A stretch of 64,000 nt of DNA from NCBI GenBank assembly GCA_964016885.1, contig OZ024761.1, positions 23,436,001 through 23,500,000 of the forward strand, in the 5' to 3' direction. Source of the DNA: Eledone cirrhosa (lineage: Eukaryota). The notes below the pieces were generated by a model, which worked only from the letters and a program-made list of their open reading frames with translations, was not told where the DNA came from and searched no databases. Below, piece after piece: positions 1 to 12,995 of the stretch; position 1 is the stretch's first letter; each line of letters begins with the position of its first letter. A program made the translations under genes and the position numbers.

Positions 1-16
1 GTATTGTAACTTTGGC

Positions 17-64
<48 letters not shown>

Positions 65-87
65 CTATATGTATGTATATATATATT

Positions 88-119
<32 letters not shown>

Positions 120-244
120 TATATATATATATATATATATTTAATTGTAACTCAATTTTATTTACATAAAAACTCAATTATCAATTTCCATTTAAATTCC
201 TTTTGACTTCAAAGGTCATTGCAGAATATTGAGCTGTGATATCA

Positions 245-785
245 TGTTGGTGTGGTGGAGGAGTGGTGTGGTGGTTGCTGTAGTGGTGGTGTGGTGGTGT
301 GGTGGTTTCTGTAGTGGTGGTGTGGTGTTGATAGTGGGGGTGTGGTGTTGATGGTGGTGGTGGTATGGTATTGATGATGGTGGTGGTGGTATGGTATTGA
401 TGATGGTGGTGGTGGTATGGTATTGATGATGGTGGTGGTGGTATGGTGTTGATGGTGGTGGTGGTGGTATGGTGTTCATAGTGGTGGCGTGGTGGTGTGG
501 TGTTGATAGTGGTGGTATGGTGTTGATGGTGGTGCTGGTATGGTGTGGTGTAGTGGTGTGATCGTTGCTGTAGTGGTGGTGTGGTGGTTGCTGTAGTGGT
601 GGTGTGGTGTTGATAGTGGTGGTATGGTGTTGATGGTGGTGCTGGTATGATGTGCTGTAGTGGTGTGGTCGTTGCTGTAGTGGTGGTGGTGTGGTGTCGA
701 TGGTGGTGGTGGCATGATGTGGTGTAGTGGTGGTGTGGTGGTTGCTGTAGTGGTGCTGTGGTGGTTGCTGTTGTTGGTGTAGCAG
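245..785. repeat. (GGT/GTG)n-rich low-complexity tract
   Basis: Degenerate TGG/GTG trinucleotide repeats; the His/Thr/Pro ORFs over it are artefacts. Confidence 0.9.
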
Positions 786-829
786 CATTTCAAAAATTGA
801 GTCATCTCACCATATAAATCAGAATTTCA

Positions 830-1000
830 CATATTCCGGCATGTCATATAATCCGGCGTTCTCTATAATCCGGCATGTCATATAAACCGGCAACCCATAC
901 AATCCGGCATGTCATGTAATCCAGCATGTCATATAACACGGCAACCCATATAATCCGGCGTGTCATGTAATCCGGCAACCTTCCAATTCTGCCATTCCAC
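830..1000. repeat. Short tandem repeat of TATAATCCGGCA-type units (about 17-18 bp), possibly DNA-transposon subterminal repeats
   Basis: About 9 degenerate copies of (T)AATCCGGCA/ATCCGGCG. Confidence 0.6.
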
Positions 1001-1211
1001 CAATATTTTTAAAATAATATTTTAATTTGTATTTCTATTTATCAATAACACTTAAGTATTGATTTTTCTGAAAGTGTATGTGTATGTGTGTGGGTGTGTG
1101 TGTGTTTATGTGTGTGTGTGTATGTGAATATATGTATATGTGCGTGTACATATATACATACATATATATACTCACATACACATATGCATAATACATATAT
1201 GTATATATATA

Positions 1212-1410
1212 AAAGAAATTAAAAGATGGTTAAAAAACTTCCATATATTTTATTATGCGTATTTCAAAGACAGTCACTATTAAAATATATGGAACTTTTT
1301 TAACAATCTTTTAATTTCTTCTATATATACTCCAGTTCTATCAATTGTTGAGTGCTACTTATCTGATATATGCAAAGTTTTATTGTTCTACAATAAAACT
1401 CACCTCCTAC
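1212..1410 (+). mobile_element. Family D Penelope-like fragment: fold-back inverted repeat plus tail
   Basis: 1212-1320 is an imperfect palindrome. Its minus arm reads TTTGAAATACGCATAATAAAATA, matching the ribozyme 3' half at 10547-10566. The tail ends CACCTCCTACA, which occurs inverted at about 10397 and 34712. Confidence 0.7.
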
Positions 1411-1561
1411 ATATGTATATATATGTGTGTATATATGTATATATATGTGTATATATATATATGCATGTGTATATATATGTGTGTATATATATATATGCAT
1501 ATGTATATATATGCATGTGTATATATATATATATACATGCATGTGTATATACATATATGTC

Positions 1562-1612
<51 letters not shown>

Positions 1613-1617
1613 ATGTT

Positions 1618-1724
<107 letters not shown>

Positions 1725-1885
1725 CGGCATTAGGCCATGTTCTGGCAATATACCATGGTAAATTAGATGGAGAAGAAATCGTGTCCAAACTTGAGATAAT
1801 ATGGCCAAGAATCCTTCAAGCTTCTTGGACAGAAAATCATTCGCCCATCCCGGGTAGAATGATACCCAATATTGATTTATCGATC
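1725..1885 (+). CDS. Putative internal coding exon of an unidentified host gene ([53 protein letters not shown])
   Basis: Complex stop-free sequence between an acceptor-like (CA)n-CAG (AG at 1723-24) and a donor GTTAGT at 1886. The protein is not recognised. Confidence 0.5.
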
Positions 1886-1998
1886 GTTAGTTTTTATTCC
1901 ATGTTTTTTTTTCTCTTTCATTCTTCGTCCGTTCTTTTAAAAATTGATATTGATTACCTGTTGTTGTTATTTGTGTTTCATTTTTGTTTTTCGTTCTG

Positions 1999-2351
1999 TC
2001 TATTACATAACTGAAATTCTTTCTCGCTCCACTCTCACGCATGCGCGAGATGTAAAGAGGTGCGCATGGGATGAGATGGAGGACGAGGCGCGCATGCGTG
2101 AGATGCGCAACTCGTCCCGTCACGCGCATGCGCACTTCGTCCCAGTTCGACGCATGCGCACCTTGTCCCAGTTCGACACATGCGCACCTCGTCCCAGTTC
2201 GGCGCATGCGCACCTCGTCCCAGTTCGACGCATGCGCACCTCGTCCCAGTTTGCGCATGCGGGCCTCGTCCCAGTCCGCCCTATACACGCCTCGTCCCAG
2301 TTCGCGCATGCGCGTGAAGGTGACGGGGGGGGGGTCGCCGCAAAATACTAG
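1999..2351 (+). mobile_element. Non-autonomous Helitron-like element with an internal CpG-rich tandem repeat of about 23 bp
   Basis: 5' TCTATTACATAA; 3' hairpin GGTGAC..GTCGCC followed by CTAG|T; internal array of GCGCATGCGCACCTCGTCCCAGTTC units. Confidence 0.55.
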
Positions 2352-2580
2352 TAAGATTAGGTTTTAAGATGTTAAAAATACAAACAGAAATTTGTATGAA
2401 ATTTGCTATATAACTGTCAAAATGACAAACAAGGTTTAGTAACAAGATTTGCAAAAATAGCTCAATCTGTCGACATTGTTAAGAATAGGAGGTGGTTTGT
2501 GAGTTCAGTTTTAATTTTAGCTTATCACGTTGGATGTGTTATTGAATTTTGTGTTTTAAATTTCATAAGAATTTTTATTA

Positions 2581-2958
2581 CAATGGCGTCAGCTCATATT
2601 TAATTCTTCGAAAAAGCGCCGTGAATAACCGCCAGCACTGTGGTTGAGTCTACCTGAACAAAGCTGGTTTGACTAGACACAAACAAAGTCATATCAGTAG
2701 ACCTCATGTAGATTATGATCTGAAAACGGTGTAAGGAATGTAACAAGGAATGTGTTAGCATGGGAGGTCTTAAAAGACACATGAGTACACACCACAGACA
2801 GAACAAAGCAATGGAAAGTCCCGGAGGAGCCGACAGTTGCCATGTATGTGCCAGAGGGTGCAAGTCTTTGGCTGGTTTAAAGAGCCACATTCGTGCTCCA
2901 CATTTTTGAGCATTTTATCGGGCGACGGCAATGCTCGAACACGAGCTTGCAGCCATTA
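2581..2958 (+). mobile_element. RTE-clade LINE 3' remnant with two C2H2-type zinc fingers
   Basis: Translates QWRQLI..., CKECNKECVSMGGLKRHMSTH and CHVCARGCKSLAGLKSHIRA. The tail CTCGAACACGAGCTTGCAGCCAT is shared with about 7045 and 58930 (minus). Confidence 0.7.
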
Positions 2959-2970
2959 TGTATATATATA

Positions 2971-3158
2971 AGGGCGGTGAATTGGCAGTATCGGTAGAGG
3001 GTTGGACGCCATGCTTTCTAGCATAGTTACGTCCCTTTACAGTCTGAGTTCAAATCCCGCCGAGGTTAACTTTGCCTTTCATCCTTACGGGGTCGATAAA
3101 ATAAAGTACCAGTAATGTACTGGGTAATTGCTGGCCTTGTGCCTAAAGTAGAAACAAT

Positions 3159-3160
<2 letters not shown>
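2971..3160 (+). mobile_element. tRNA-derived SINE with Meta-domain-like core
   Basis: A-box-like TGGCAGTATCGG, B-box GAGTTCAAATCC, core GCCTTTCATCCTTACGGGGTCGATAAAATAAAGTACCAG; several copies in the window. Confidence 0.85.
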
Positions 3161-3523
<363 letters not shown>

Positions 3524-3704
3524 AATATAAATTATCGAGATTCGCATTTCGGCCCACGAGATAACGTAAAACAACCTCCGAGATGTGTGGCAAGTGCTCA
3601 ATGATTCAGATGAACCAGAGCTATAACAAACGTTAAAGGCCAAACACACCGAGACGATGGTTAAACAATCATTCGCATAGCCAAAAAAAACGATCAAGAA
3701 GTTT

Positions 3705-3945
3705 ATCCCGAGTTCAATCGGGGGTAACCACAGTAAGTAAGGTACTCAATATTTCTAAATATAGTTTTTAAAGAATCCCTCTTCTTTAAACATATCAACC
3801 AATGACCTCCACCCATCCCAATCACCACCCTTTCCTACCACCATAAAAGATATAAATACCCCCATATTACTCGGACAGCTGCTTTCCTGATGTTTTCTCC
3901 CGAATGAAACAGTTCTAGTCCTGTTGAAGCCTTTCTATATTAAAT
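3705..3945 (+). mobile_element. Family A Penelope-like fragment: inverted tail followed by a pLTR with a degenerate hammerhead
   Basis: Inverted tail CCCGAGTTCAATCGGGGGTAACCACAGTAAGTAAGGTACTCAATA, then CTGATGT..GAATGAAACAGTTCTAGTCCTGT; the body is homologous to 63425-63600 (minus). Confidence 0.75.
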
Positions 3946-3964
3946 ATATATAGAGTGAGAGATA

Positions 3965-4075
3965 GAAATAGCTGTTGAAACGGTAAAAGATCAGCCGTTG
4001 GTATCATGACTCCTTATAATATAACCATACTCTACTACCCCAAGTATTGAGTACTCTGTTTCAAATTGAATCCAT
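3965..4075 (+). mobile_element. Family E-related fragment
   Basis: GAAACGG..CAGCCGT and CTCTACTACCCCAAGTATTGAGTACTCTG match 43965-44047. Confidence 0.6.
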
Positions 4076-4094
4076 CCTAATTTATATATGCATA

Positions 4095-4162
<68 letters not shown>

Positions 4163-4306
4163 GATGTATATCTATGTACATGTATGTATATGTGTATAAT
4201 TATATGTATATGTATATGTGTATATATATATATATATGTGTGTGTGTGTATATATATGTGTATGTGTATATGTATGTGTGTGTGTATATATGTGTGTGTG
4301 TGTATA

Positions 4307-4337
<31 letters not shown>

Positions 4338-4669
4338 GTATGTATATATGTGTGTGTGTATGTAAGTGTGAGTTTGTACCAACTAGTTTTATGACGAATT
4401 GCTAACAACCTTAGACATCACCAATCACCAATAATCGAACATATAATTGTGCTTCAAGCGAAAAGATATCCATTCTTTTGGAACAGTTTCGGTTATAAGC
4501 CAGCAGTCACTATTAAAACAGTATCGATCTTTCTAGAATAGTGTAGAAAGCAGGTCTTGGGTTCTATAGATAATACCAAAATGCTTTAGAGGCTTCGATA
4601 TTCTTTAACACTTTCGTTGCTATATTTCTAATGAAAGGCACAGCCTTTGGTTCTCCGATAATTTCCGAC

Positions 4670-5690
4670 ATAATCAAGGGTTGGAAATGGTTTACTAATG
4701 TAACTAACTTTCTCATTATTAAGCTGGTGTTTGGAACATAACCTAATAAAGGATCTCAAGAATTGAAAATGGTTTAGTAATGTAACTAACTTTCTCATTA
4801 TTAAGCTGGTGTTTGGTACATAACTTAACAAAGGAGCTCAAGAATTAAAAATGGCTTAGTGATATAACTTTCTCCTTATTAAGCTGGGGTTTGGAATATA
4901 ACTTAACAAAGGATCTCAAGAATTGAAAATGGCTTAGTGATATAACTTTCTCATTATTAAGCTGGGGTTTGGTACATAACTTAACAAAGGAGCTCAAGAA
5001 TTAAAAATGGCTTAGTGATATAACTTTCTCCTTATTAAGCTGGGGTTTGGAATATAACTTAACAAAGGATCTCAAGAATTAAAAATGGCTTAGTGATATA
5101 ACTTTCTCATTATTAAGCTGGGTTTGGTACATAACTTAACAAAGGAGCTCAAGAATTAAAAATGGCTTAGTGATATAACTTTCTCATTATTAAGCTGGGG
5201 TTTGGTACATAACTTAACAAAGGAGCTCAAGAATTAAAAATGGCTTAGTGATATAACTTTCTCATTATTAAGCTGGGGTTTGGTACATAACTTAACAAAG
5301 GAGCTCAAGAATTAAAAATGGCTTAGTGATATAACTTTCTCATTATTAAGCTGGGGTTTGGTACATAACTTAACAAAGGAGCTCAAGAATTAAAAATGGC
5401 TTAGTGATATAACTTTCTCATTATTAAGCTGGGGTTTGGTACATAACTTAACAAAGGAGCTCAAGAATTAAAAATGGCTTAGTGATATAACTTTCTCATT
5501 ATTAAGCTGGGGTTTGGTACATAACTTAACAAAGGAGCTCAAGAATTAAAAATGGCTTAGTGATATAACTTTCTCCTTATTAAGCTGGGGTTTGGAATAT
5601 AACTTAACAAAGGATCTCAAGAATTGAAAATGGCTTAGTGATATAACTTTCTCATTATTAAGCTGGGGTTTGGAATATAACTTAACAAAA
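4670..5690. repeat. Minisatellite, 78-bp unit, about 13 copies
   Basis: AGGAGCTC recurs at 5221 and 5299; near-identical units. Confidence 0.95.
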
Positions 5691-5816
5691 CATACATATA
5701 ACAAAACAAATCTTAACAAATAAATATATATATATATATATATATATCAGTGAACTTCAACCGTTAAGGTTGTCTTTTTTCCGGGTATGTTAATATTTAT
5801 TTATAAAACAAATCTG

Positions 5817-5882
5817 TATTTTATCTGATGAAAGCGCACCATAATTTGCCTTGGTTACCCTTGAAATATATATAATAAAATA
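5817..5882 (+). ncRNA. Minimal type I hammerhead ribozyme, family C (element about 5755-5925)
   Basis: TATTTTAT-CTGATGA-stem II-GAAA-TATATA-TA-ATAAAATA: 8-bp stem I and a palindromic loop III. Confidence 0.75.
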
Positions 5883-5920
5883 ATTATGGTTTTATAAATA
5901 TAGTTTCCATTTAATAATAT

Positions 5921-6036
<116 letters not shown>

Positions 6037-6059
6037 GGGAAAGGGTGAGAGACCGATAT

Positions 6060-6280
6060 GTGTATCCCGGGTTCAATCGGGGATAACCCCAGTAAGCAAG
6101 GTACTCAATACATAGTAGAGTATGTAATGTTTAATATACAAATGGCTTCTACAGGACTACAACTGTTTCATTCAAAGGAAATCATTAGGGAAGCTCTGAT
6201 GATTTCCTGGTGATTTCTTTCGATGATTTCTTTCGAATGAAACAGTTATTGTCCTGTAGGGGCCATATGTACATTAAACA
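6060..6280. mobile_element. Family A fold-back element (diverged)
   Basis: Inverted tail plus inverted and forward hammerhead arms; the centre has reiterated TGATTTC(T/C) units. Confidence 0.75.
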
Positions 6281-6317
6281 ATATATATATATATATATAT
6301 GTGTATGTTTGTATATG

Positions 6318-6507
6318 TCGGGTCACTCTTGAGTGTTACTGGTAACATGTAACCCACTACAACCTGTCACATGGTTGGATAGTCAGCGACTAAACCGGCA
6401 ACCCCATCAAGTTTATTTGGTGAGGAGCGTGGTTTTGGATACCCTGCAGGACAAAAAACAAAACCTGACAAGTGCTGGAAAAACTCATAAGAGTCAACGG
6501 ACATCCA
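6318..6507 (+). mobile_element. RTE-like 5' region fragment
   Basis: TAAACCGGCAACCCCATCAAG..CCTGCAGGAC..AAAACCTGACAA is homologous to 12275-12405 and 59385-59505 (both minus). Confidence 0.6.
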
Positions 6508-6532
6508 AATATGTGTAAATATATATATACAC

Positions 6533-6972
6533 TAGGGCGGTTCCTGTTTCTCAAACTTCTGAAAATTTAGCTCCCACCCACCTATCTTATTCCAATTAAT
6601 AAAATACCAATCTATGCAAAATTTCAGCTTAAGGGGACAACTGCAAGGCAACCCTCATTGACCGTGAAAGTTTGAAGTTTTCGCCGGGAAACTCGTTTTT
6701 TCAGATAAAAATTTTTTATATAATTTTCTCTTAAATTAAAAACTTGTTCAGACTTATTCTTGGTATTAGAAGAAGTATACCGCATTTGAACAGAAGTAAT
6801 CGTTGCGTATACTATGTTCCAACTACAAGGCGTTTGAGGGTCGCCTAACCATCGTTCAATTGAGCTGAAATTTTACACACCCCGTTTCTTTGGGGATTGG
6901 AACTGAATTAGCCTGTGGGAGTAGCAAAAGTTTTAACTTTCGGAAAATTACCTATTACTAAGGGCCACCCTA
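6533..6972. mobile_element. Non-autonomous DNA transposon (MITE, hAT-like TAGGG ends)
   Basis: The termini TAGGGCGG and CCACCCTA are inverted, with further imperfect subterminal inverted similarity (CTCCCAC, TTCCAAT, AAAATTTCAGCT). Confidence 0.6.
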
Positions 6973-7460
6973 ATATATGGCTCAGTGCACAGTCTTTTCT
7001 CACTTAAAAAAAAAATCTTCAAGCACAGGCATTGCACGTGGCCATACTCGATAACGAGGGGGCAGCCATCTTCAGGTATGTATGCATGTTTGTGTGTGTA
7101 TGTAGTTCATCCAGCTAGGTAATCACACTTAGAAAAAAATACTCTATAAGTTGGTAGAGTATAGGTATCTTAATTATATAGAGAAATGTCTTCTACAGGA
7201 TTAGAAGTGTTTCATACGAATGTAAGTTATAGTCCCGCAGATGTCATTTATATATATATATATATATATTAATAAATACATATATGTGTATGTGTATACG
7301 TGTGTGTATGTGTATACATAAAGATATATACATATATATATTATTATATTGAAGAGAAAAAATGGTATACATATTTGTGTATATATACATATATATATGT
7401 GTGTGTTTATATATATATATATGTGTGTATGTGTATACGTGTGTGTATGTGTATACATAA

Positions 7461-7495
<35 letters not shown>

Positions 7496-7606
7496 TTGAA
7501 AGAGAAAAAAGGGTATACATATTTGTGTATATATATATATATGTGTGTGTTTATATATATATATATATATATGTATGTGTATACGTGTGTGTATGTTTAT
7601 ACATAA

Positions 7607-7638
<32 letters not shown>

Positions 7639-7691
7639 TGAAAGAGAAAAAGAGGAAAAAGGATATACATATTTGTGTCTATATATATATA

Positions 7692-7722
<31 letters not shown>

Positions 7723-7754
7723 GTGCGTGTGTGTATATATATATATATATGTGC

Positions 7755-7848
<94 letters not shown>

Positions 7849-8153
7849 ATTTCATGGTTTATATTCGTGGATAAATTAGTAGCGATGCAGAATCGTGAAT
7901 ACATTCGCCAGTTTGCAATTCTCTGATGAAATAGAAGTAATTTTCATCTTTCTCTCCTATTCCCCCTCTTCCCCCCCCCCCCCAATCCTCTTTCTCCTCC
8001 TTCTGTTTCTCCTTCTCCTTCTCCTCCCCTTCTCCTTCACTCTCTACTTCTCTAAATACATTTACCAGTGTTGCAGTAAAATACTTCCTACTGCCAACAT
8101 CAAGTGAATCTTGGCTCAAAATAACTGGCGTTCTTCACATAAGATTTAGTGCC

Positions 8154-8186
<33 letters not shown>

Positions 8187-8533
8187 ATGGTGTTTGTATA
8201 TATATATATATGTCTTTGTATGTATGTATATATATAAATATATATAAATATATATATGGGTGTGGGTAGATATATATATATGTATGTACATCGTCTGTTT
8301 GTATATATATATATATATATGTCTTTGTATGTATATATATAAATATATATATAAATATATATATATATGGGTGTGTATATATATATATATATATGTATGT
8401 ACATCGTCTGTTTATATATATATATATATGTCTTTGTATGTATATATATATACATATATATATGGGTGTGTGTGTGTATATATATATATACATCGTCTGT
8501 TTGTATATATATATATGTCTGTGTGTGTGTATT

Positions 8534-8569
<36 letters not shown>

Positions 8570-8620
8570 TGTGTTTGTATATATGTGTGTGTATATATAT
8601 ATGGGTGTGTGTATATATTT

Positions 8621-8659
<39 letters not shown>

Positions 8660-8758
8660 TGGTGTGTTGGTATATCGTGTGTTTGTATATGTGTGTGTAT
8701 ATATGTATATATATATATATATATATGTGTGTGTATTGTGTGCCTGTATATGTATATG

Positions 8759-8803
<45 letters not shown>

Positions 8804-9349
8804 ACTCCTACCTCACAACTACCAGCTCTAAGAACTGCCACCCAAATCTGTCGCCTTTTTGTCGTAATATTTACAATTCTCTGCAGAAGTGATTTCCTTC
8901 CATTTAAAACTCAATCAACTTCTTAACCTTATTTCTACAGCGTATGTATGTATGTATGTGTATGTGTGTGTATGTGTGTGTATGTATGTATGTGTGTGTG
9001 TGTGTGTGTGTGTATGTTGATCCAAGGATCATTCCACTACTTTGAAACAGAACAGAGTTAAAGTGTTCCCGATCTTTCAATTTATCAGCCTCTACAATGC
9101 CATAAACTTCTAGAAATTGTATCATGAATCTTTCTACTTTTAAACCTTGTCCAACCTACCTATCATTCATTCGCCATTTTCTTTCCTTACTCAAGTGTTT
9201 GTTGTTGTTGTTGTGGTGGTGGTGGTGGTTATTTTTAGTCCTCTGAATAGTTACTGAATAGAAGTAAATATATACACACGCACACATGTACATCAGGTTC
9301 GAACTCACAGATGCCGAACTCCCACTGTCATCGCCTCCGTCTATCTCCT

Positions 9350-9760
9350 TCTTATCATCTCTCCTCACTATTAGGCTTTGTTAATCCTATGTGTGACCTA
9401 CCGCTTAGATTATAGGCTGGGCACCTGAAATTGTTTGCTTATCAAGTGACTTTAGTTGATTGGGAATTCCAGATGTAGTTATGAGGATTCGACAGCAATG
9501 AATACATGTTAACATCTTTCTCTCCTATTTCCTCCCTCTCTTTCTTCTCCTCCCCCTCCTTCTTCTCCCCCTTCTGTTTCTCCGTTTATCTTCTACTTAT
9601 CATCTCTCCTCACTTTAGACTTTGTTAATCCTATGTGTGACCTTCCGCTTAGATTACAGGTTGGGCACCTGAAATTGCTTGTTTATCAAGTCACTTGGGT
9701 TGATAAGTGGTTCCAGATTTAAATATGATGGTTCGACAGCAAAGAATACATCTTAACGAC
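9350..9760. repeat. Diverged tandem duplication, period about 246 bp
   Basis: CTTATCATCTCTCCTCACT..TTGTTAATCCTATGTGTGACCT..GGGCACCTGAAATTG occurs twice. Confidence 0.85.
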
Positions 9761-10002
9761 ATCTTTTTTCACGTCTTCCTGTGTGAAAAATTACGTTTTC
9801 CTTCTTTTGATATACAAGGAACAACATTGAAGAGGACAATGTTTTAGCCTCCATTTTTATTCCCTCTACTTTATACATACTTTGCCCTAGCAACACGATT
9901 TGTTGCCAATCTTTCGCAAAACACAGTTTTCTTTCCTATTATCCTCTCAAGTTAGACTTCAAAGAAACCTTCGATTTCTTTCTTGCTTTCTCTTAATGTT
10001 TC

Positions 10003-10262
10003 TTTGATCCGTCAGTTAGTTCTCCATGGAAAGGTTGTTTGTAGTACAAGCAACTTCCAATTGAACTGATCAATAGAACAGTCGTTCGCTTTGATCCGTT
10101 AGTTAGTTCTCCATGGAGAGGTTGTTTGTAGTACAAGCAACTTCCAATTGAACTGATCAATAGAACAGTCGTTCGCTTTGATCCGTCAGTTAGTTCTCCA
10201 TGGAGATGTTGTTTGTAGTACAAGCAACTTCCAATTGAACTGATCAATAGAACAGTCGTTCG
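10003..10262. repeat. Minisatellite, 87-bp unit, 3 copies
   Basis: TTTGATCCG at 10003, 10090 and 10177; the ORF over it is a 29-aa repeat. Confidence 0.9.
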
Positions 10263-10367
10263 TCATGTGATCCTGTCTCTACTTTGTATTCCTGTCTTCT
10301 TTTCAATATAAAGCGTGAAACTTATAAAACATTGTGTTTCTCAGTTTGTTGTCTCCTTGAACTATCC

Positions 10368-10399
<32 letters not shown>

Positions 10400-10495
10400 A
10401 GGAGGTGTATATATATGTATATATATATATGTAAATATGTTGATTTAAAACTTCACTATTCACAAGTGTTTTTTAACCTACATATCATGTATCCC

Positions 10496-10566
10496 TATTT
10501 TATCTGATGAAAACGCAGATATCATCTCATGATGATATTTGTTTTTGAAATGCGCATAATAAAATA
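10496..10566 (+). ncRNA. Minimal type I hammerhead ribozyme, family D
   Basis: TATTTTAT-CTGATGA-long stem II (CAGATATCATC/GATGATATTTG)-GAAA-TGCGCA-TA-ATAAAATA. Confidence 0.85.
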
Positions 10567-10596
10567 CTTGGAACTCTTTTAACCATCTTTTGACCT

Positions 10597-10695
<99 letters not shown>

Positions 10696-10844
10696 TACTA
10701 TATATATCATACTATATATATATATATCATACTATATATATATATATATCATACTATATATATCATACTATATATATATATATATCATACTATATATATA
10801 TCATACTATATATATATATATATATATCATACTATATATATATA

Positions 10845-11051
10845 TTAAAATAACAGATTAAAGTTTGAGCAAAGAATCGCTGCTTTCACCCTTAACAGCA
10901 TCTTCTGAAATTAAGGGTGAAAGCACCGATTCTTTGCTTAAACTTTAATCTGTTACTTTAATAAATATTTGCTCTAGAATTCTTATATATTTGATATATA
11001 TTTATCCTGATCGAGCCCTCTTTGGATTTTTGTCTTCACATTTATTATTAT

Positions 11052-11055
<4 letters not shown>
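10845..11055 (+). mobile_element. Family B fold-back element
   Basis: Inverted repeat about 10845-10965 plus tail; flanked by (TA)n. Confidence 0.75.
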
Positions 11056-11109
<54 letters not shown>

Positions 11110-11111
<2 letters not shown>

Positions 11112-11890
11112 TAAAATGCAATACCATATATGATATAGCTTGTAAGTTCGTTTCTCTCTATAGTGTCAACTTTCATGTCATTCAATTTTTTATTTTTTTT
11201 TGCAAAAAATATTTGGTTTATCTTTGTACGTATTTGAACTGAACTTGATAGAGTTATTAATTGTTTTAAAATATTATAAAATTACATAATAAAAATATTA
11301 AAATGATATTTATATGATATACGATATGTCAGTTCGTTTTTTTTTTATATAGCGTCAACCTTTGTGTCATGCGAATATCATTTTGTGAAAAATATGTATT
11401 CACCCTATATGTTTGAACTTGAATAATTTATGAATGATATTGTGTTAAAATATAAGAAAATGATATAAATGAGGTATCAAAACGAAATAATTGATATGCG
11501 ATATAGTTTGTAAGTTTGATATATTATCGTGTCAAATTTCATGAATGTCATACAAATTTCTGTTTGTCAAAATTTTTTTTCTTTTTACTCAAGTGCTTGA
11601 ACTTGATAAATCTACGAATGCTATTAAAATAATGTTAAAATAGTATAAAACAATAGAAAAAGAATATTTAAATGATAAAAATGGTATTTAAATGATATAC
11701 AATATATTTTATAAGTGCGGTCTTTTATAGAGTGGACGTTTCTGAAAGTCATCCAAATAGCTTTTTTTTTTTTTTGTGAAAAATATGTATTTTTAACTAT
11801 ACGTCTATACATTTCAACTTGAGAAATATATGAATATTAATAAAAAGGTATTAAAATGTTATTAGAAATATTAAAATTATATAAAATTGG
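11110..11890. repeat. Old, degenerate AT-rich tandem repeat, about 190-bp unit x4
   Basis: Recurring GATAT..GTAAGTT..GTCAA..GTCAT..TTTTG..AAAAAT..TTGAACTTGA blocks. Confidence 0.55.
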
Positions 11891-12274
11891 TATTGGGAAA
11901 TGAAGTAAAGGATCTATCTAATCTAATCTGGCCGAGTTTACACTCTCAAATAAGAACATGGGCCGCCCCAAGGAGCATTGGATTTGGTGTACTTCATATT
12001 TGTTTCGGTTGCTGAATACAATCAGGGGTCGCTGCTTCTCCTGAAGGTCAATAGTTCTCTTCTAACTCGAGTGGGAGCGCCTTTCCATTGTCAATTTGCA
12101 TTGATCATCTGCAAAGCCACATTATTCTCAGAACCACTACACCAGTCTTTCGATGCAGCTGGAACTACTGCCACCCATTGATTTGGCAGGATTATTTTTT
12201 TTAAATCAAATATATGCACATACATACACAGACAAACGTGCAATCAATCCTACACCTGCCCACACCCATATTGT

Positions 12275-12405
12275 ATGGAAGGCCGGTGACTCTTATGAGT
12301 TCTTCCGCCCTTTGTCAGGTTTTGATTTTTGTCCTCCAGAGTATCCAAAATCACCCTCCACACCAAGTAAACTTGGTGGGGTTGCCGGTTTAGTCGCCAA
12401 TCAAA
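12275..12405 (-). mobile_element. RTE-like 5' region fragment
   Basis: Reverse-complement homologue of 6385-6507. Confidence 0.6.
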
Positions 12406-12832
12406 CAACAGTTATTAGAAATATTAAGATGTTATAAGAAATAATAAAATTATATAAAATGAAATAAATTATATACGATATTAAAATTTATAAACAACCT
12501 CAAAATGGAATAGGTATCAATGAAAAATGGCGGTTACGTTTATTATTTATTGGTACAAATTAATAGTTATACACTCAAGCAATATATTGTATTTGAACTA
12601 ATTTCTTTCTTCAGTTACTACCCAATAAATCATACAGCGATAAATCATATATCAAACTTAAACATCGATCTTAACAGAAATTTCTAGAAGAGGCTGATTT
12701 TAAAAGTTTCAGTTTTTTTCATGTTTTTTTTTTTCATTTTTAGTTATTATTCCATTTTTTTATTTTTCCTTTTTGTTTAAATACGACAGTTATAATGCAT
12801 ATTATATATCTGACCTGAACTATCGACTGAAC

Positions 12833-12891
<59 letters not shown>

Positions 12892-12903
12892 GTGTATGTG
12901 GGC

Positions 12904-12945
<42 letters not shown>

Positions 12946-12958
12946 ATCTGTGGGCGTG

Positions 12959-12995
<37 letters not shown>

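Noticed and set aside
2971-3062. tRNA gene
   Set aside because: The A and B boxes belong to a multi-copy SINE head; no cloverleaf.
3530-3565. GGGCC-GAAA-TGCGAA-TC half-ribozyme on the minus strand (similar case at about 43795-43810)
   Set aside because: No CTGANGA half found; insufficient support.
4670-5690. CRISPR-like regular array (also 38580-39772 and 56610-57210)
   Set aside because: No unique spacers and no cas genes; eukaryotic minisatellites.
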